64,000 bases of DNA. Origin: Promethearchaeota archaeon. Its GTDB lineage: Archaea; Asgardarchaeota; Lokiarchaeia; Sigyniarchaeales; SOKP01. The translations under genes were made by a program, and so were the position numbers. Every line of letters starts with the position of its first letter. The stretch's first letter is position 1. The DNA lies in assembly GCA_019057865.1 (NCBI GenBank), contig JAHLWP010000004.1:100045-164044 (forward strand), in the 5' to 3' direction. Below are positions 59,154-64,000 of the stretch, in pieces. The notes beneath the pieces were generated by a model that did not search any database, was not told the origin of the DNA, and saw nothing but the letters and a program-made list of their open reading frames with translations.

Positions 59154-59672
59154 ATGAGTGAAGAAGATATTACACGAATTGAAAAAAAAGTAGATTTGCT
59201 TTATAGAATGGGTCTTGATGAGAATTTTAGTTATAAGAACTATTTAGATGAATTTATTCCATTGTTCAATCTTTCTGTTGAAATGGAAAAAATGGTAGGA
59301 TTAATTATAGTAAAAGTAAAAGAAGTGGCTGAAAAAGGAGAAGAAGTAGTAAATAAATTAAATAAGCTAAAAAGTGATTATAAAGCTGGAAATGTCTTAG
59401 TAAAGGAGGAAGAGAGAACAAGAACGTTGATTTATCATCAAGAAGAAAAACAAAAGGCATTACTTCAGATAGTTGAACTTTATAATGGAGTTAAATATGG
59501 GGAAGAAGCCTTACGTGAAGAGCTTTTAATGATAAATCTAAAAGAGAAAGTTGGAATAAAATTATCAGAGGAGGAAGATTTTAGACATAAAGAAACTCTT
59601 GAGAGAGAGTTGAAAGATGCAATTGACTGGCTACAAACAAGGTTAAAAGAATATAAGAAAAAATTTGATTAA
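59154..59672 (+). CDS. Hypothetical coiled-coil protein
   Basis: 172 aa, E/K-rich, TGAGG upstream. Confidence 0.6.
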   Translation: MSEEDITRIEKKVDLLYRMGLDENFSYKNYLDEFIPLFNLSVEMEKMVGLIIVKVKEVAEKGEEVVNKLNKLKSDYKAGNVLVKEEERTRTLIYHQEEKQKALLQIVELYNGVKYGEEALREELLMINLKEKVGIKLSEEEDFRHKETLERELKDAIDWLQTRLKEYKKKFD

Positions 59673-60206
59673 TTTTTTTTATTGTAAGATGTTTGGATTT
59701 ACCAAACTCCGATAGAAAATATTACAATTATAGATAAGAAGGTAATTAAAAAGGATTATATTTTTTAGATAAAAAAGATAAGTAAAATATTGAGTAATAT
59801 CTTATATCTTCCAACTAGGTATTTTCCTTCCATTTCTGGTGCCAAATTTTATTTTCAAAGATTGGTAAAGAGTGGATTTCCATGATCCACGATTTTTATA
59901 AATTGTACGATTTTTAAAATAGAATCTATTAAATAAGTATGATTTATCATATTTGATATATTTTCAAAATCCATCCATCCGTTAGGTACAATGATATTCC
60001 TTATTTTAATTATCCCACTATTATCTTCATTCGAAGAGAATATAACTCTCCATAAATTCTCATTAAGATGTGCTATATCAATATCAAATTCATTAAATTT
60101 ATCCTTTACAAAATCTTTTCTAACTTAAATTCATCTTTGGTAAAAATTAAAAGAATTTATCATTCCTTTTTAGATTCATTTTGTAATCTTAATAATATTA
60201 TCCGAT

Positions 60207-60827
60207 ATGGAAAATATTAATATATCAATTATTCATTCTAACTTTTTATTAATCCGATTAAGATGGAACTTGGCAAATTCAATGAATTCCACGAAAAAAG
60301 AACAGGTGGGTTTTTTTAAATTTATATGGATTTGTAAAGCGGTAAACCCAAACCTAAGTAAAATACCTCAAGGTGCGATGCTTCCTTCTCTAATATATTC
60401 CATTATTGGGCTGTTTTTAGGAAGAATATCAGAATTATTAAATATATCAACTCACCAAGATTATATGATATCATTCCTTTTGATTTATATAATATTCTTA
60501 CTTTTACAGATACTTGCGTCTTCATTATATATTTCTGCCAAGGGGGTTTTGAGAACATACTTAGCGGGAGATATGTTAAATGTAATTTCAACCTGTGGAA
60601 TTTATATAGCTTTCTTCACTTATATGTGGATAATTATTTTTCAAGTTATCAATGTTTTATACATTACATTATTGATACTGATATATGTTATCATGATTCT
60701 CATTTTTTACATACAGTCTTTAAGACCAATCAAAAAAACCAAAGACTTATTAAATCGAATGTATGAACAATGTAAAGAATATGGGTCATATCCGGATTGT
60801 AAAACCTGTAAAATGAAAGGGAGGTGA
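60207..60827 (+). CDS. Hypothetical membrane protein (about 4 TM) with a Cys-containing tail
   Basis: Hydrophobic helices; C-terminal C...CKTC. Confidence 0.55.
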   Translation: MENINISIIHSNFLLIRLRWNLANSMNSTKKEQVGFFKFIWICKAVNPNLSKIPQGAMLPSLIYSIIGLFLGRISELLNISTHQDYMISFLLIYIIFLLLQILASSLYISAKGVLRTYLAGDMLNVISTCGIYIAFFTYMWIIIFQVINVLYITLLILIYVIMILIFYIQSLRPIKKTKDLLNRMYEQCKEYGSYPDCKTCKMKGR

Positions 60828-60834
60828 TTTTAAA

Positions 60835-61122
60835 TTGAGCCTTAAAGAAAATATAATGACGTGTTCTTACTGTAGGTATTGGGTAGTATTGAATACTTCT
60901 GATAAGGAATATCAAAAATTACATCTTCTCTATAAAGAACTATATAAAATTAAAGAAAATCAAGGAGATATCAAACAAAAGAGGAAAGAAGCCTTAGAGT
61001 CTGCGGGGGTTTGTCCTACATGTGGTTCAATATTTAGAGAATTTATGTGCCAAGAAGAACATATATGCACAGTTTTTAAGTTTTGCCCAATATGTGGTAA
61101 TAAAGCAACATTATCATGTTAA
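60835..61122 (+). CDS. Small Cys-rich zinc-finger protein
   Basis: CSYC, CPTC, C...HIC, CPIC; GGAGGTGA SD. Confidence 0.65.
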   Translation: MSLKENIMTCSYCRYWVVLNTSDKEYQKLHLLYKELYKIKENQGDIKQKRKEALESAGVCPTCGSIFREFMCQEEHICTVFKFCPICGNKATLSC

Positions 61123-61216
61123 ACTTAAACATTATATCTTTAGAACTTGGTTAGCAAACATGTAAGGAGTAATTTATTCATATAAATTTTTTCATATATA
61201 TGTTTTGGAGATGTTT

Positions 61217-63121
61217 TTATTTTGAGATAAATACTTTTAAACTCTCAATAAAATCGAAATTATCATACTTAACATCAAGTTTATTTTTCTCTATAACTTC
61301 ATGATTAACATATTCAGAGCTTGTTTCTATTCTCATTTTATATGTTATATGGCCCTCTTTCATTCTGACTCCTAATTTTTCACTTGTTTGAGCAATTATA
61401 GCAAGTAAAATATTCTTATCATTTCCTTTTCCATCTTTAATTATTAATGGTTGAAAATGGACAAACTGTTTCTGATAATTGATAAATTTCATAATAAATT
61501 TCTGTAGATCTCTAACTTTTGATTCTATGTCGTCAAGACCATATACTTCTCTAGGGGGTTTATCGGAAATGCCAATTATCATTAGCCCCCCTAAATTATT
61601 AGCAAAACTAATTACATCTTCGCAGAAATCTTTTTTATTTTTTTCTCTTATTTGAGGTGGTGTTGGTTTCCATACTTCTAAAAATTGTGTAAAGTCCCAT
61701 AGCTTATTTTCTATTCTATTGTCTTCAATTGCTTTTTTAACAAAATCTTTCCAAAACTCTATATCATAAAGTTTTGATATTTGATTTTGATATCTCTCAG
61801 TATCTAAATCTAAATCATTATAAATTAATTCGAATTCATCCTTTGAAATAGTTCTTACTTCTGAATAATTACCTCTTTTTTGAATTAAATATATTGAACA
61901 ATTCTCTTCATTTTTATCTAAAAATTCTCTAGAGTGAGTTGAAATAAAAAATTGAATTTTATTTGATATATCAATGAATCTATTTTTTAATTTAGTTACT
62001 AATCCGGGGTGTAAATGGAGTTCAGGTTCTTCTATGCATAATATTTTGTTTTTATTTAATTCTGTAATATAAGCTAAAAAGTGAGCTACATTTAAGACTC
62101 CTGCTCCCATATTATCTAGTAAAATATCCATATTCAGACCATTTTCTTTTAAAATTATCATTGTCCTTTCTGTTTCGTTAATGTCTTGTTTTAATTCAAT
62201 AATATTTGGTAAAAAGTATTTCAATTCGTTATTCCATTCCCTAAACCATTCCCACTTCTGTCTTGCTGCTTTTTTATGAAGAAATTTTACCAAGTTTTCA
62301 CCACTTGGTTTTAGTTCTGTTTTGGTGATGTCATTTCGATCAGATTCAGGATTAAAATTACGTTTATCAGGTATAATATGGATTACATTAAAAAAACAAT
62401 TGAAAAGTGCATTAAAAATTTCTGATAAAATTGGAATATCTTTTTTGAACATATCATGATCTCGGAAATAAGTTATTGCTTGTAAATCAAACGTTCCACT
62501 AATTCCAGAAGGCTTTAATTCTTTTAATGAAAAATTTTTATCAATCCCTTTATTTGGTTCCAAAAATTTTTCTAAATTGAGATAATATGGCTCATAATTG
62601 TGGTTTTTTTTAATCATTTGAAAAACAATTTGAGGATTCTTTATATTAAAATGCTCTACAGAAATTTCATCTAATAGTAATTGATTAGACTCTTTTAAAT
62701 ATGAGGTTCTCAAATAAAGTTTCCTGAAATAATCTCGTGATAATAACCATTTGATGGCAGTTTCTTCATTATTCCATTCACTCCTTTTTAGATATCCATC
62801 AGATTTTTCATCATGTATAAATGCTTTTTGTAAATAATTTCCTTGATATAGTATTTTAAAGATTTTAGTTTTGAATTCTTGAGATAGCTTAAAAGTTAAA
62901 AAAATCTTACAATCTAATTCATCATTCTCATCAAATAAATATTTTTTTGTAAAACCTCCACTTGATTTTAGCATTTTAAAGATTTTGAATAAATTAGATT
63001 TCCCTGAATTGTTTTTTCCAATAAGAATATTGTAATTTTTGAAATCTGAAAATTTCGCATGCTTATAACTCAAAAAATTCTTAATTTCTATTTCCTTCAA
63101 TTTTAAATCCAATTTAATCAC
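61217..63121 (-). CDS. OLD/AAA_15-type ABC ATPase fused to a C-terminal Schlafen/AlbA_2 domain
   Basis: IKNFLSY, GKNNSGKSN, signature MGAG, LCIEEPELHLHP, STHS; then IENKLWDF...DVISFANNLGGLMIIGISD...MR. Confidence 0.88.
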   Translation of the reverse strand: MIKLDLKLKEIEIKNFLSYKHAKFSDFKNYNILIGKNNSGKSNLFKIFKMLKSSGGFTKKYLFDENDELDCKIFLTFKLSQEFKTKIFKILYQGNYLQKAFIHDEKSDGYLKRSEWNNEETAIKWLLSRDYFRKLYLRTSYLKESNQLLLDEISVEHFNIKNPQIVFQMIKKNHNYEPYYLNLEKFLEPNKGIDKNFSLKELKPSGISGTFDLQAITYFRDHDMFKKDIPILSEIFNALFNCFFNVIHIIPDKRNFNPESDRNDITKTELKPSGENLVKFLHKKAARQKWEWFREWNNELKYFLPNIIELKQDINETERTMIILKENGLNMDILLDNMGAGVLNVAHFLAYITELNKNKILCIEEPELHLHPGLVTKLKNRFIDISNKIQFFISTHSREFLDKNEENCSIYLIQKRGNYSEVRTISKDEFELIYNDLDLDTERYQNQISKLYDIEFWKDFVKKAIEDNRIENKLWDFTQFLEVWKPTPPQIREKNKKDFCEDVISFANNLGGLMIIGISDKPPREVYGLDDIESKVRDLQKFIMKFINYQKQFVHFQPLIIKDGKGNDKNILLAIIAQTSEKLGVRMKEGHITYKMRIETSSEYVNHEVIEKNKLDVKYDNFDFIESLKVFISK

Positions 63122-63183
63122 CTGTAGTTTGTATTTTCATTTTAAAAATAAGATTTCATAAAAAGATTATTATTATTTATAGA

Positions 63184-63384
63184 TTATTTATTTTTAATAA
63201 TTTTTAATTGTTGAATAATACTTCCTAATTTATCTGTAATGTATTCTATATCTTTAAAACATTCTTTAATATATTTAGGTTCTACCTCACTTATATTTAT
63301 ACTTGGATCTTTATGGTGTTCTATGATTTCCCTGACTTTCTTTAACATTTTATTCATATGGTTAAGATCATCCATTCTTTTCAT
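63184..63384 (-). CDS. Small hypothetical protein
   Basis: 66 aa with a GGGGGT SD-like motif. Confidence 0.5.
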   Translation of the reverse strand: MKRMDDLNHMNKMLKKVREIIEHHKDPSINISEVEPKYIKECFKDIEYITDKLGSIIQQLKIIKNK

Positions 63385-63415
63385 ACCCCCTTATTTATTA
63401 GAAAAAGGAAAAAAA

Positions 63416-63634
63416 TTATTTATTTTTATCTAACTTTTCACTAATCTCTAAGAGTAATATTATTTGTGCCACTCGTAGTATATCTTTATATAACGGTGAT
63501 TGTTGTATGCTTCCATATGCTTCCATTTCCATAGATGAACCAATTTGTTCGGTATCCTCTTGGTCTATTCTTTCTATAATATATAATGCTCTTTTAATAA
63601 TATTATCTCTTAGTTTTTTATCCAATCTATCCAT
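63416..63634 (-). CDS. Small hypothetical protein
   Basis: 72 aa, same strand as its neighbours. Confidence 0.5.
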   Translation of the reverse strand: MDRLDKKLRDNIIKRALYIIERIDQEDTEQIGSSMEMEAYGSIQQSPLYKDILRVAQIILLLEISEKLDKNK

Positions 63635-64000
63635 AATATTAATCTTAATTTTCTAGCGCTTATAAATTTGGAGACTCCCGAAGAATCTTAAAAATATAGG
63701 AATTAAGTTTAATAATTTCGTTTTTTTAATTATTATCTCCTCTTTTCTTCCATTATATATTAGTTGAAATACATATATTTAAAGGAAAATTCAACTCACC
63801 CCTTATAAATAAAAAGTAACTAAACAGAGAAAATGTTTAGAAAAAGAGTTAAGATTCTTAGGTAAGAAAAATGGTTGAAGATTTTTTCTTTAAATATGAG
63901 GTCTAAATCATCGTGTTAAAATTTTTCCTTTATATAGGATATTGAAAAAATTATATTATCTCATTTCGTTCTAACAGTAATATTTATAATGTTATATTAC

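Larger units (their letters stand above)
38046..64000. mobile_element. Integrated defence island / degenerate plasmid- or virus-derived element; right boundary not in the window
   Basis: Begins at the sirtuin truncation; contents switch from housekeeping genes to R-M, nucleases, HEPN, TIR, Schlafen, Prim-Pol, RHH and gene fragments. Confidence 0.65.

Noticed and set aside
59790-60135. Broken minus-strand reading frames between 59672 and 60207
   Set aside because: Needs several frameshifts and shows no recognisable motif; probably a decayed gene that cannot be identified
4395-63433. Short ORFs in the track that overlap longer genes (e.g. 4395, 7101, 7578, 12374, 15417, 15801, 17349, 17848, 18624, 19520, 20421, 24540, 25351, 25720, 28677, 29545, 29727, 34219, 34645, 37044, 37643, 45092, 48781, 51478, 52584, 60403, 60730, 63239)
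   Set aside because: Antisense or alternate-frame shadows of better-supported genes, with no recognisable motifs
1-64000. CRISPR array, tRNA or rRNA genes
   Set aside because: No regularly spaced repeats or cloverleaf/rRNA-like GC-rich tracts seen; the tandem repeats found have only two copies and no spacers

Overview
AT-rich archaeal DNA, most likely from an Asgard archaeon of the Lokiarchaeia (Promethearchaeota). The assignment is inferred from an actin-related protein, two longin-like proteins, a HEAT/PCI-like protein, an archaeal TFB and a Loki-type CPxC...CxH protein. Positions ~1-37.7 kb look like core chromosome: metabolic genes (folD, thrC, PfkB, FabK/NMO, HAD, MBL, PHP, GT2), transporters (ECF-S, ZIP, APC, MFS) and a cluster of eukaryotic-signature-like genes at ~7.6-14.1 kb. 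A few decayed gene fragments lie at 33-36 kb. At ~38,046 a SIRT6/7-like sirtuin gene is cut off mid-domain, and from there to the window end lies a defence-rich integrated island. It carries a three-gene unit (degenerate Cdc6-like ATPase-wHTH, a protein ending in a canonical PCNA PIP-box, and a Type IIG R-M enzyme). It also carries a probable Argonaute N-terminal remnant, HEPN/Abi-like genes, an extra TFB, and Mrr-like, GIY-YIG and PD-(D/E)xK nucleases. A plasmid/virus-like replication module (divergent wHTH/RHH switch, long hairpin) ends in a Prim-Pol fused in frame to a Cap12/Pycsar-type TIR domain. An ABC-ATPase fused to a Schlafen/AlbA_2 domain lies near the end. The best candidates for undescribed systems are the PrimPol-TIR fusion, the ATPase/PIP-box/Type IIG unit and the ABC-ATPase-Schlafen fusion. 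I saw no rRNA, tRNA or CRISPR array. All family assignments come from recognising motifs by eye; no database search was run.
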